The position numbers and the translations under genes are program-made. DNA of 64,000 nt, taken from the NCBI GenBank assembly GCA_024704765.1, contig JAKMXF010000326.1, forward strand, positions 1 through 64,000. The letters run 5' to 3'. Under the pieces are notes generated by a model. The model was not told the origin of the DNA and did no database searches. It worked only from the letters and a program-made list of their open reading frames with translations. This DNA comes from Oopsacas minuta (taxonomy: Eukaryota > Animalia > Porifera). Shown here one piece after another: positions 1 to 12,173 of this stretch; positions within the stretch are counted from its first letter, which is position 1, and every line of letters starts with the position of its first letter.

Positions 1-99
1 TGTACGGGGTCGATTTCATATATAAGTATAATACAAATATTATCGATTTGAAGTTACAATTTGGCTAATCCCTCATTTTCGCCTTTTTGCCACACTGTG
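1..99. mobile_element. Probable right terminus of a Transib/CMC-type DNA transposon (rest outside window)
   Basis: Ends in ...cattttcgcctttttgccacactgtg; the reverse complement begins CACAGTGTGGCAAAAAGGCG, the CACAGTG start typical of Transib-like TIRs. No partner end or TSD visible. Confidence 0.35.
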
Positions 100-633
100 C
101 TATAACCCCTCTTTTTAGAGAAAGGGGGCGTATAAACAGAGTCAGTGTAGTAGGTATAATACAACATATGCGAATTGACGATTTTGGACCACATTATTAC
201 AAATAAGTAGCAATTTGAAAATAGCAGATATATTTCGATTGAACCGAAATTGTTAAACCTGCAAATTCAGCCCAAAAGGTTTTCGTAGTAATAATTTGGC
301 TTGTAAAGGAACCAGAATTTAATATTAGATTGGACAATTACTTTTCAAAAATTTGCATTCTTTGAACCACCCAAATTTTTACATGTACACATTCTAGATT
401 ATTGCATTTGAATAGTATAGATTACATAGTCAGAGAAATCATTTCAAATTCAGCCTACAAATTTACAAGAAACTAGAAAGGTAACTAAAGTGGTAGCTAA
501 TATAACTTGTTGTCCAGGGTACAACGCCCCTGAACCCAACACAGGATTTACAGCACCACTAACTCCCAGCTGGATAATTATCTACCATAAAAAATTCCTA
601 GATTCCATCTGGTAACTAGTACCCCTTTGATAA

Positions 634-2922
634 CACAGGTCAACAAGGTTTTTCATCACAGATCATAAGTATATCATTTTTCTACCGTGATTTTTTGTTT
701 TGATATCAAATCTGCTCTTCGTTTGTATCTATCACGTATAGCTTTTTCATAAAATCCAACTATATTATTCCATTATTTTCAATAATATAATTCGAAATAA
801 GTTACGTAAAATTTTACAATAGCAGTGGCACAATTTGTATATTAATGCAATTTATCCCAATTTACTAGCTCTAATTTTCTCTTTTTGAATGAATCAATCC
901 GGTTTCTCATAATACATCGCAGATGCATCAATACCCTAGACAGTTTTTGCTATGTTTGTGGCTCTTTTTGTTTAAAATCACAACGACTTACATAACAAAT
1001 GACCTCAAGAGAACATATAGCCAGTATTTTGATTGTGCTTTAGGTGATCAGGATAAGATGTGGGCGCCTCATGCGATTTGTTCTGCTTGTTCTAGTGGCT
1101 TACGTGATTGGGTGAACAAAAGAAAAATTTCAATGCATTTTGCAATACCAACAATGGTTTGGAGGGAACCAAAGAATCACTACGATGATTGCTATTTTTG
1201 CATCGTAAATACAACTGGGTTTCCGATGGAAAGATGAACATAAAATAATTTACCAGTTTCTCATGATGTCTCGTTACCTGTCCCCACTCCTACCTTATAT
1301 GGATTTGATTCTCTTTCTGATGTTGTAGATACTTTGTCATATTCAATGGACAAATATTCTTGGTTCAGAATACGTCCCTGAAGTTAGTAATTTAGCGCCC
1401 CAACCTTCACATAAGGTGAATTGAATGACCTTGTCAGGGATCTTGATTTGTCGGAAGAAAAGGCAGAATTTCTTGCATCAAGGCTTCAACAAAAGAATTT
1501 ACTCAACAAGAATATTATAGTGTACCATTACCGTAAACGAAATTTTGATTTGGCTCAATATTTTACAGTTGAGGGTCCTCTCTGTTATTCTAACGATATT
1601 GACGGGCTGTTTTTAATTTGTCACAGGAACATTCATCTTCTGATTGGCGCCTATATATTGATTCATCGAAACGTAGCTTGAAAGCCGTTTTATTGCATAA
1701 CGGAAATAACATCCTGTAATTCCAATTGTTCACTTTGTACATCTTAAAGAGTCCTATATAAACCTGGAAGAAGTTTGGTAGCGATCAATTATAGAATACA
1801 CAGATGGAATATATGTGGGGATCTTAAGGTCATTGGTCTGTTAATGGGATTGCAACAAGGATTTACCAAATATTGTTGCTTTCTCTGTTTATAGGACAGT
1901 CGTGCAACAATAGATCATTATAAAAAGCGTGATTGGCCCAAGAGAACAAATTTTAAAGTAGGAACATCCAATATTGAATATACACCATTAGTAGATCCTA
2001 ATAATATCTTTTTGCCACCACTTCATATAAACCTCGGATTGATGAAAACTTTCGTCAAAACAATGAGTAAAACAAATCCTACAGGGGTCGCTATATGCTG
2101 AGAAATTTCCCAAACTAAGTGATGCCAAGCTTAAAGGGGGTGTATTTATTGGACCGCAAGTTAGGGAAGTTCTCAAGGATGAAGATTTTGACAATATATT
2201 TTCCGCTAAGGAATTCACAGCTTGGAAATCTTTCAAATGGATTAGTGTGAAAATTTTAGGTAATATGAAGTCAACAGGGTATATAGAGGGAGTAAACAAC
2301 TTAATTCGATCATATGAAAACATGAGATGCTGTATGTCATTGAAATCACACTTTTTGCACTCCCATCTTGATATTTTGCCCGAAACACATGGTGCTGTAA
2401 GCGATGAACAGGACGAACGATTTCACCAAGACATTCTCAGAATGGAAAATTGATATCAAGGTTTCTGGAATAACCGTATGATGGCGGACTATTGCTGTAT
2501 GTTATACAGGGATGAATCCAATAGAGTTTGCAAAAGAAATTCTTATTCTTAACATTTTTGACGTCTAAATATTTTCTTCTTTGTTTATTCAACTTATATA
2601 TCTCACAAGTGTGAAAATTTTTAAATTTCCTATTGCAAGAAAGTTAGATTCTAATTTGATACTCAATTAATTATTGAATTATCCACATTGAAACTCTAAT
2701 AACAAGTAACATTAGTTAGCTAAACAACTTTTAGCATCAATTAAGCATAATCAAATATATAATATTTCGAAATTGGATTCGAAAATTTCAAGCAAGAATA
2801 TAAAGAATGAATAAGTGTTAAAGAGGAATGAATGGCAGATTTAAATCAGCACAAAAAACTAGTCTAGAAATATACCCATTTTTGCTTGATGAGAATGATA
2901 AGTGAAAAATTGCTGACCTGTG
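634..2922 (+). mobile_element. Chapaev3-type (CMC superfamily) DNA transposon, full-length but defective
   Basis: TIRs CACAGGTCAACAA (634) and TTGCTGACCTGTG (ends 2922), 12/13 match; TAA target duplication at 631-633 and 2923-2925; encloses a Chapaev3-like transposase. Confidence 0.9.
914..2552 (+). pseudogene. Chapaev3-like DDE transposase, multiple frameshifts and stops
   Basis: Motifs across frames: RRCINTLDSFCYVCG, GDQDKMWAPHAICSAC, VWREPKNHYDDCYFC, LNDLVRDLDL, WRLYIDSSKRSLKAVLLHNGN, ICGDLKVIGLLMGLQQGFTKYCCFLC, PPLHINLGLMK, HSHLDILPETHGAVSDEQDERFHQDI. Confidence 0.87.
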
Positions 2923-3148
2923 TAATTTCTATGCCCCCTTAGACAGTAGTAAAATTCTTAAGTTCACCTGTATGTGCGTATTACAATTGAAGACATAGTC
3001 TTGGCTACTGCATAAATTTATAAAAGCCGGTTCGAGAACAATTTCGAAGAAATCCGAGGTTATCCATGAGGAAAATGGCCTTTGAAATGACAGTCTTTCA
3101 CTGACCTATCTAAGAGTCGTCAAATTGTTTAAGTTTGAGAATGATTAG

Positions 3149-3230
3149 CAGTGGCGTACCGAGTGGGGCCAAAGGGGAAGTCGCCCAGGAGGCACTCTTT
3201 AGGAAACTGCGTCTTGGATATTAAGCCTTA
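3149..3230. mobile_element. Isolated hAT-like MITE left end
   Basis: CAGTGGCGTACCGAGTGGGGCCAAAGGGG... GC-rich terminus typical of hAT non-autonomous elements; no partner end found. Confidence 0.3.
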
Positions 3231-3995
3231 CTTGCCAAACATTTTCTCACCAAAATGACTTGGGTGAAGTAGCATAATTATTCTCTCGCACGTAACCTTT
3301 CTCTTTTCCTGCAAACATATGCTTATATATTCGCTGTGATATCTAGTATGTGAATTCTGAACTATTTTGCTGCATTGTAATAAGCAAAAGGATATTTATG
3401 TTGTCATCCAACATTACCAAAATTGGAAACTCAGTGTCCACGGAATCCTTTAAGGTTGGTGTTTTCTGGAGTCCGGGTTTGGGCAATATTTCCGTTTGAA
3501 GAATCTGATTCTTTGTGAAGTATATTCTTGCCAACGTTTTCACGTACTCACATGCAATCCTGGATACCAGAAGAATTCAGTTGCATAAAGTTTGACCACA
3601 CCCGTGCAACAATAAATACATGACATTACGTTTCATAAGTATTCTCTTGACATACAGAATTTATTGGATTTCACGAATTTGAAATAATATGAAGGAGGTT
3701 ATACTAGCGGTAAGTAAGTTGACATATGTATAGACCTAAAAAGCATGTTAGACTCGAATATTCGCTATCTCGAACAGATTTGATTTCACCTTAGGGTTCG
3801 AGTTAATTGATGCTAACTGTATGATAAAATGATATATATACATAATTAAATATATGAGAGAAAAATTTCCCCATAATTAAAGAATTTCTAGAAATCGAGA
3901 GGGGATATAACAGTTTCATTTCAAAGATATTTGAGTAAACTATTTCATAAGTTTTGTTGGAGATCTAGCCTAAAGGTATTTAAATAAAAGGAGCT

Positions 3996-4402
3996 TCATT
4001 TTGGAGTAGAAAAATATCGATAACCACTATTTTTGGCAGTGTATTCCGATTCTGAATGTACATACCGATTAGAAAGAGAGGGGGAATTTATTGACTTCGC
4101 AGGAGAAAGCAATCGCTGTAGTGTGTTTGAATTGAAGGTCAAGAGTGGTGAATGGAAAGCGCTAATTAGCGGTAGGCTTCTCTCAGGTGTGGTAAAGGAC
4201 ACTTGGTCCTTTACATTCCATGGCTGTGGGCAGAATTCGGGATACAAATCACTTTGTGAGGGTTCAAGTACAACAGGATTATTAGGATGAAGAATCCCCA
4301 TCCTCAACTGCTCATTGCGTATATTCGTCAATAGACGATTGGAATTACGTTCACTGAGAGGTGTTTCTTCACAAAGTATTCTGACCTTCTTATTAGGTGT
4401 AC
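3996..4402 (-). CDS. Probable terminal exon of an unidentified host gene (Ser/Pro/Thr-rich, CDK-site-like motifs)
   Basis: Open frame of ~135 codons ending in TGA, preceded by a pyrimidine-rich acceptor tttcctattttggtag|GT; contains TPNK, TPER, SPAK. Confidence 0.55.
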
Positions 4403-6217
4403 CTACCAAAATAGGAAATTTTCAAAAATGTTAAGACTTAGAGTAACAAGTTAAAATTATCTATGAAAACAGCAACTTTGGTAAAAATACCAAACAAAAA
4501 TTGAAAAGTATCAAGAAATGATAGCAGGGGAATAAATATCATGAACACCGTTGGTATGTTATAAATATCCTAAAGGTGCTTCTATAGTGCAGTTTATGGC
4601 GATTCTATAGAGAAATATTGCAGTGTATACATATTTGAGACAATCAACTGCAAGGCCTTATGCCCTATGAATGATCCATATCACTTAAAATCCGCTTGGG
4701 GAAATTCTGTGAGGATGTTTGCATACAGTCATCAGAAAGTAAAATTGATTGTAAAATAATGAAGTAACAATAATCGGAGTTATAAGATCTACATATAATG
4801 ATTTTCATAATCTGTGCAAAGTTCCACGTCGTTCAAGTGGTCACATGACCATACTCGGATATTTTTTCCTAGCAACGAGGAAGATCTCAGGAATGTGTCA
4901 CCACTCCGCTCTCAAACCTTTCCAAATACTATCAAGTGAGCTCTGTTCGACGCCACTAAGGTTGGTAAGTATATTTATACATATATTGGGCCTCTAGATA
5001 ACCTTAACTCTAATATACGGTATTGCTATTTTTCAAATATTTCTCCAACACACACTATTATCGTTTTGTTAAGCGAAAGATTAACAAAATTTACACTAAA
5101 TGGGTAAGAATTGGATAGAGGTATTTGGTCAAGTTATTATGCTAAGTTTATGTGAATTTTGGTTTGAATATTTAGGAACTACACATTTTGAATAATTGCA
5201 CAAATATTACTAGTTGGAATGTTCATAATTCGAATTCTATCAATTAAAACTTACTATGTTATTGAGAATGGAGGACCTTTTTGCGTTGATATGAAAAGTT
5301 ACTTCAAAATATAGTCATGTGTATAGTGAAAGGACTGGCTATATACAAGTATTTCGAAAATAACTATACTAATCATCTAATTGAAATTCAATGATCATGA
5401 TAGAAGTTAGTTCAATCGTACCTTTACCTGAGGTATCTGCTGACTTTACAAAATTCCTCAAAATAATTTTACTCAAAACAGCTTTTGCATATGCTATAGA
5501 CCTCAAATTCTTCATGGAACAGTTTCACTTATGTGTATTTAACAATCTTTTCGCGGTTTGCCCATTGTTGGTTCTTATTACTGGCCTATTAGTAATATAT
5601 GTAATTTATAGATTCTGATTAGTACCATTAACCAGGAGCAGGGGCTGGCGAATGTGGGAGTGCTTATGCCTTACAGAAATATGGAGAGGTATAAACTAAG
5701 ATAATATTGGGGGAGCTAGTAATAATATTAGTTTTGTTTTATGATTACTCGCTTAATAAATATTCTTTAAATATGCTAGTCAAGATTAAAAAAATCTAAA
5801 TTCTCGTTCGCCCAGCAGTATATATTTCAGTCCCTTGTGAAGAAAAGGATGAATGTTATGTTAAATTGAAATCGAATTTCTATTATCAGAGATGTCGCAG
5901 AATTATGCACTTTGTTTACTTCTTCTGTTTTTATAAAGAAGTAAACAAAGTTCAATATTCTTGACTAAATAAATCGAATAAGTTAAATCCTTGAAAACTA
6001 GTTAATTAATCAGATATAAATATAGTTTTGGATTTATGTACCGTATTACATCGAATAATATCAACTCCCTCGAATGATACCGACATGAGGGTCAAAGAAA
6101 TGAATAACTACTTACAGTGAATTATTTTTCCCTCAATATTTTGGTCAATCTACTGTTTGTAAGGATAAATACACGCAATACAAGTACGCAAATATGTTTA
6201 CAAAACTCTGACTTTAT

Positions 6218-6357
6218 CTCAGGGATTCCCTTCAGAATTCCAACAAGATTCTTATGGGGATTCTCACAGGAGAAATATTCATTCCCACCAACATTCCCTT
6301 CCCAAGGGAATGGAAATGGGAATGTCTTTCGGAATTCCCACCCTTACGGCAACCCTG
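6218..6357. mobile_element. hAT-like transposon terminus with ATTCCC/GGGAAT subterminal repeats
   Basis: Ends in GGCAACCCTG (reverse complement CAGGGTTGCC); clustered attccc/gggaat motifs; no clear partner end. Confidence 0.35.
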
Positions 6358-7174
6358 ATGTTTAGGCCTGGAATTTTGATCCTGGAGAATGCAAAATTGT
6401 GTGTAGCATTGGTGTAATGTTATATGCAAGTGTACTCAGCGGCATTTAAGATAAACAAAATTTAGAGGAGATTTCATTAAGCGTATAAGGCGATTCTATT
6501 TTCACAAGATAGAAATTAGTATTGAATTACCAGGCCACATCAATGGCCTATTCAGGCATGAAAACCACAATTTCGGAACTCAGCCCTGGAGGAGAGTTGA
6601 TAGTGATAATTGATTTTTAAACATATACATGTATTGAGTGGATGAATAGAATAAATAGATGCAAATTATCAAAATATTAAAAGAAAATGAAGAAAACGCA
6701 AAAATTCCCCTGCTCAAAGTATTTGCACTTTAGAATGCTTTCTTCTTCTTTCAGTCTAAAATTTCTTACCATTTCATATGTTGCTTCGAAAAACGAAATG
6801 AAATCTATATTTCTCAACGTCACAATAGGAAAATATTCACCATCAAAATCTAAAATTGCAAACTTTCAGAAGTCTTCTTCGATACACAAAAGTAGCTATC
6901 AACAACTTTATGAATTCTCAAATTATAGAATAATGATGATCCGTATACTCAGGAGAGAGATCTATGTAGATCAAAAATGCCATTTCTCCATCCCAATATA
7001 ATCCCTTATGAATATTAGTTGTGTCCAAATGAAATATTCTAGATTTCATTTGCAAGAGTCCCAAATCACGTGAATATAACTCTTATCAGTTTGAAATGAG
7101 ATGTTAGCATACTATAGTTCCAAAATCCACGCAGGTTATTAATGAGAACTCAAGTATTAGGAAAGACATTTGAG

Positions 7175-10100
7175 CATAGCCTACTAAATATAAGGCCTAA
7201 CAGTAACTTCATTTTTTTGTACCAGGGATAAGTTATTAGCTGATTATATTAACTACCCATTTTCTATTTTTAAAACTTCTGATTATTAATTAACCATACT
7301 GTTTAAATTCATTATAATAGTTATATATTCAAATACAAATTTTTCACTGATATACTCTAGTTACTAGTAATGATATTCCATCACATACCTATGGCATTTT
7401 ACAATCCATTTCTGCTCACTATTAGCTTGTATATTGTATCTCTGATGTCCAGTGCCTGTTCTGCCTCGGGTTGCACAAGTAATTATTACCCAGATGACAG
7501 AGTGCATATATCCAGAATGCCAGAGAATCCACCTGAACTTAAACATACCTGGATACGCGCTCTTCACCGTGAAGATATTGATCGTCTCAAGGTTGTTAAT
7601 GTATGTATCAAGCATTTCCGTGAAGAATATGTTGAGTATTTTCATAAGGTTCCCAATGGTGACGGTACTTTCACTAGTGTACCTCGCGATAAACTTAAGC
7701 TGAAAGAAGGGGCAATCCCCTGTGTACTTCCTGGTTGCCCCTCTTATTATTCATCAACATCGACAAGCAAACGTACTCGTTTGTCTTATGAATCAAAAGA
7801 GAAAGAAATGTTGAATCAAACCATTCAGCTTAGTCTAAAATCTGAGAGTGAAGCCAAACACCAATTCATCATTAGAAATTTACAGGATCTGAAAGCTAAG
7901 TTGAATTATATTGTGTTACCAGACAATTGGTTAGTATGGCATACTGACAATTCTAGTACACGGTTTATTCTTCCTCGTCTTATTGAAAAAACTATTTCAG
8001 TAGATTTATATCTAGAAATAAATTCATTTCTATCTGTTTCAGCCTGGTTCTATGGACAAAGCATACCTACTTCTCTTAATTCAATTAATGATATTCGACA
8101 AATTGAATCATTATTACATCAAATTTCCTCAAAAATTGTATCTGATAATCATCATACTAAATCACATTCATTTCATATTCCTCCTGCTAAACAACACATA
8201 GAGAAGGTTATTAATTTAGCTAGCATAGAGGATAGCGAAAACTATTCTTCCTCAGTTATAGCCAAGCTCCAATTTATCCTCTGTCAATTAGACAATATAT
8301 TTATTCCAAAGAACAGGCGAAGGTACAATATAATTACACAAGTCATGTCAATTAAGACTCCTCTCATTTCTCCAGCATGTTATGTATATCTCCAGGGTTT
8401 AGAGTGACTTTCTCTACCGCATGTTCAGACATTAAATACATTGTATTCTTCGTTTGGCAATGAAAAACGATTTCTCTACCTATCTCTCCCAAATTACTCC
8501 TTCCTTCAGTTCATTGGAGAGAAGTGTTATAGTTCAAATGGATGAAATACACATTAAATCTGATATTACGTATAAAGGAGGGAAAATCTTTGCTCCTAAT
8601 TTAGACCCAGAGGACCCAACCAGAACTGTGTTTGCGGTAATGGTATCTAGCTTACATAACAAATGGTCTTGTATTTCACGTTTATCATCATGTGGTTCTA
8701 TTACCGCTGAAAAGATATTTTCCATCATCAAAGAGTGTATCATTGATATTGAGAATTGTGGTTTACGTGTACAGGTAATTTCAACTGACAATTATCCTTT
8801 GAATGTAAATCTTTTCAAGCTATTTCCTCTGACTGGCAAATTAGAAACTAGGGTGCCTCACCCATTTGATCCTACTAGATTTCTCTTCCTCACATTCGAT
8901 TTTGTTCATATTATAAAAAGTATACGTAATAATTGGTTGAATCAGAAGAATTTTGATAAGACAATGTATTTCTCCAAGTTGGAAGATTTTGAGATTGATA
9001 AATGCCAGTACCCCCCTTTGTCTCCATTCAGCATCTTTTCAAGATGTACGCCTTCTATACAGCTCTGAAAGAGGAAGTTTAGCGAAACTGGCTCCTCAGT
9101 TAACAGCGAAAGCTTGTTTTCTTTCTAGTATAGAAAGACAGAATGTCAGATTGGTTCTGAAGGTTTTTAATGATCTAACACTATCCGCTCTTGAGATTCA
9201 AAATGAAAAACGCTGTGAAGAATATCATAATAATACCTCTACGTTTGTTAGAATCCTTCTTACTCTGTGGAAATATAAAATGTTAGTACACCCTTCAAAG
9301 GCATCCGTTTAAATGACAATCTCTCAATACCCTTGATCTTACACGATGAGCGTTTTATATATTTAGTTCGTATAGTACATTGGCTAGATGCTTGGCAGTC
9401 CTTACCTGGAAAATCGGATAAATTGAGTAAGCAAACGTATACTAGTTTGAAACACGCTTGTATTGCTTTAGAACAGATAACAAACTATCTAACTGAGTCT
9501 TGTGGATTTTCTTATGTTTTGTTTGCATTTCTGCAAACAGACCCATTGGAACATCATTTAGGACTCTATCGTATGATGGCTGGTTCGAATTATCATATTT
9601 CTTACATTCAAATTCTTGAATCCGAGCGTCGTCTTAAGCTCTCTAACATCCTAGAAATGTTTTCTGACCAACAAGACTCTTGTCTATCCATACATACATT
9701 TGTTAAATCTTGTACTTCACTCTTTAGTACTTCTAGTGATGACCAAATAGATCTTGAGCCATATCTTGATGGAATTGGTAATGTATTATCAATTGAATAC
9801 ACTCAGCAGATATTCCAGTCGTTAGCTTTTATCGGAGGATATTCGGTCTATAAATTCTTGAAAGGGTTTCAAGAGTGTAGATTGTACACTGATACGCTAA
9901 CTTATGATAAAGAATTTATTCCTGATAGTGATTCCATTTCTCAATTCAAGCTCTTGCAATTAGCAGATCGAGGGGGGCTCAAATATCCACTGAGCATGTT
10001 CTTAACTCTGTCATTACTCTCTGGAGGATTCTATTTGCTATTGAGGACAATGATCATTTGGCGAATCCACTTGTACACGGTGCAGCTAGAAAAATATTAG

Positions 10101-10577
10101 TTGAGCTCACATTGATATACATGGAAGATGATGCAAGTATTGATATCTGGAAATCAAACTGTTCCATCTGTAATGTTACTAGATGGGATATCATACGTAA
10201 ACTTATTTTTACTACTACTAATTGCTTTCTGGCCAACAAGATTAAGAACTATAATTCACTTGTAACTTCTAGGGGTATAGGAAAACGTAAACTGAAAAAG
10301 TTCTCATGATTTTGTGAAGTGTATATATTATTATTATCGTAATTGTATGTATTTACATTTATTATTTATGTTGATTGGGTTTTTGTCCAATAATATTAGC
10401 TTCAATGAACTTCAAATAGAATTTCAATATCTTAGTTTAATACCAGCGAGGGATTATTAATAACACTTGAGAAAACATTTTGATTAGATTTTTAAGACAA
10501 TAACAGAATTCTCCAATATCAGCTAATAACGCATCCCTGGTACTTTTACTGTTAGGCCTTATATTTAGTAGGCGATG
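7175..10577 (+). mobile_element. P-superfamily (THAP) DNA transposon, full-length, defective
   Basis: TIRs 7175-7244 and 10518-10577 starting CAT(A/C)GCCTACTAAATATAAGGCCTAACAGTAA (left copy 10 nt longer); 7-bp TSD ATTTGAG at 7168-7174 and 10578-10584. Confidence 0.93.
7445..10309 (+). pseudogene. THAP-domain P-element-type (THAP9-like) transposase, frameshifts and stops
   Basis: N-terminal C2CH THAP finger (CSASGC...W...VCIKHF); core motifs QMDEIHIK, ISTDNYPLN, FDFVHIIKSIRNNWL, ERQNVRLVLKVFN, FLQTDPLEHH, DRGGLKYP spread over five ORF pieces. Confidence 0.9.
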
Positions 10578-10878
10578 ATTTGAGATATTTCAGCAATTCT
10601 GTAATTTTTCAAGTTGAATGTCAAATTGTGACGTGACGGAGTAAAAGGATTCACCACGGAAGATTAATCAGTGTGGCACAATGTAATCGATGTCAATTCG
10701 ATTACATAGTTTGAAAACAATAAATTAGTGAAAAATCGACCGATAGAGATCTACTCTTTATAGAGTGTGAATAAAAGAGGGATAGTAATATAATCAACAT
10801 CCAGGATACCACCAAAGTCCATTAACATTAACATTCGTTCTCCCTAAGAAATATTCACTTCCCTTCGTTCTACTTTTA

Positions 10879-12173
10879 CGAGGGATACTCAATAACCTTT
10901 GAGCCTAAGTACCAAAAAGCATCAATCTATATTTATTTTGCTATAATGTTCGAAATAGCATCCCTTAGCTTGAATACGCTTGTTTATTCTTTCAAACCAA
11001 GCTTGAATAGCTTCTCTAAATTCATTTCTGTTGATGTCTCCGATCACTTCTCTAAGGCCCCTCAAGTTCAAATTTAATGAAAAATTTCTGCCATTAAGGT
11101 ATTTTTTATTCTAGGAAAGAGTCAGAAGTTGTGGGGTGCAAGTTGTGGAGAATAATGGGTGTGTGGCAAAATATGTAGTCTTGATTCTTTAATGAATTGT
11201 GTGGCCATTTTTGATGTATGAGAACTGGCATTATCGCGATGCAAAAAAGTTCCCCTTAATCCTGTCCCAGGACGCTGTGAATTTATTGCTTTTATGACTA
11301 GAGGCAAACAACTCTCTGTATACCAGGTTGAATAAATTGTCTTACCAGGTTCAATAGGTACAACAGTTTTAACAACCATTGTATTAAAAAATTGCATGCA
11401 ATTGTTTCTTGGCGTTCTGAGTTCTGCGAACCGTTGTTGGGAGACCTTCTCCAATTTCACATCATTGACGGCTCTGCTGTTTTGTTTCTGGATCATAGTG
11501 ATAGATCCATGTTTCATCACCAAATATTATCTTGGAAATATCTATACTGTTGCAATTGTTGAATTTTTTAAGCATTTCATGGTACCATTTCACTCGATTC
11601 TTTCGCTCAGGATGAAGCTGATGTGGGATCCAGCAGGCACAAAGTTTTCGTAGCTGAAGGGATTGGTGTAAAACGGTGTGCACTGCCCCAGATGAAAAGC
11701 CAATTTCGTGCTGAATCCTCATATATGTAACATTTGGGCCTGCTATCACCATTTCCTCAATTGACTCAACAATTTCCTCTGTAATAGCATATGGGGATGG
11801 TCCAGGGCTGGGTTGGTCTTTAAGATGAAAATTCCCACACTTAAATTCTCTGTACGATCTTTTCACTGTTACCGCGGATACCTTGGTATTCGGAAAGGCT
11901 GTATAGAAATTGTCGTGACATTCTTGTATTGTTTTCAAAATTTTGAACTAAAAAAGTATTATCCACGAATATCACGCCTCGATAACTGTATTGAGGATTT
12001 GGTAACTAAGGAATCCATAGATAATAAAATACTGCGATCTGAAAAGTATATAAGATAAAGTTACAAGATTTTCAGCGAAGTATATTTATTCCATGTTGAT
12101 TCGAAAGAAGTAATGGTTCACTTATATAAGAGCTCGCAACTTAGTCAAGCTCAAAACATATAGAGTGCCCTCG
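10879..12173 (-). mobile_element. mariner element, defective
   Basis: Imperfect ~28-bp TIRs starting CGAGGG, flanked by TA on both sides; 1295 bp. Confidence 0.9.
10933..11938 (-). pseudogene. mariner transposase, frameshifted
   Basis: WIPHQL, IIFGDETW, HRDNASSH, YSPQLAPHNF motifs in adjacent frames. Confidence 0.88.

Noticed and set aside
4033-4290. Plus-strand 85-aa ORF
   Set aside because: Antisense shadow of the longer, splice-bounded minus-strand frame.
4873-4964. Plus-strand exon-like segment (ttttcctag| … |gtaagt)
   Set aside because: Only one short frame is open, no partner exons were found, and nothing else supports it.
5638-5820. Possible hAT MITE (GCTGGCGAA … TTCGCCCAGC)
   Set aside because: The inverted match is too short and there is no TSD.
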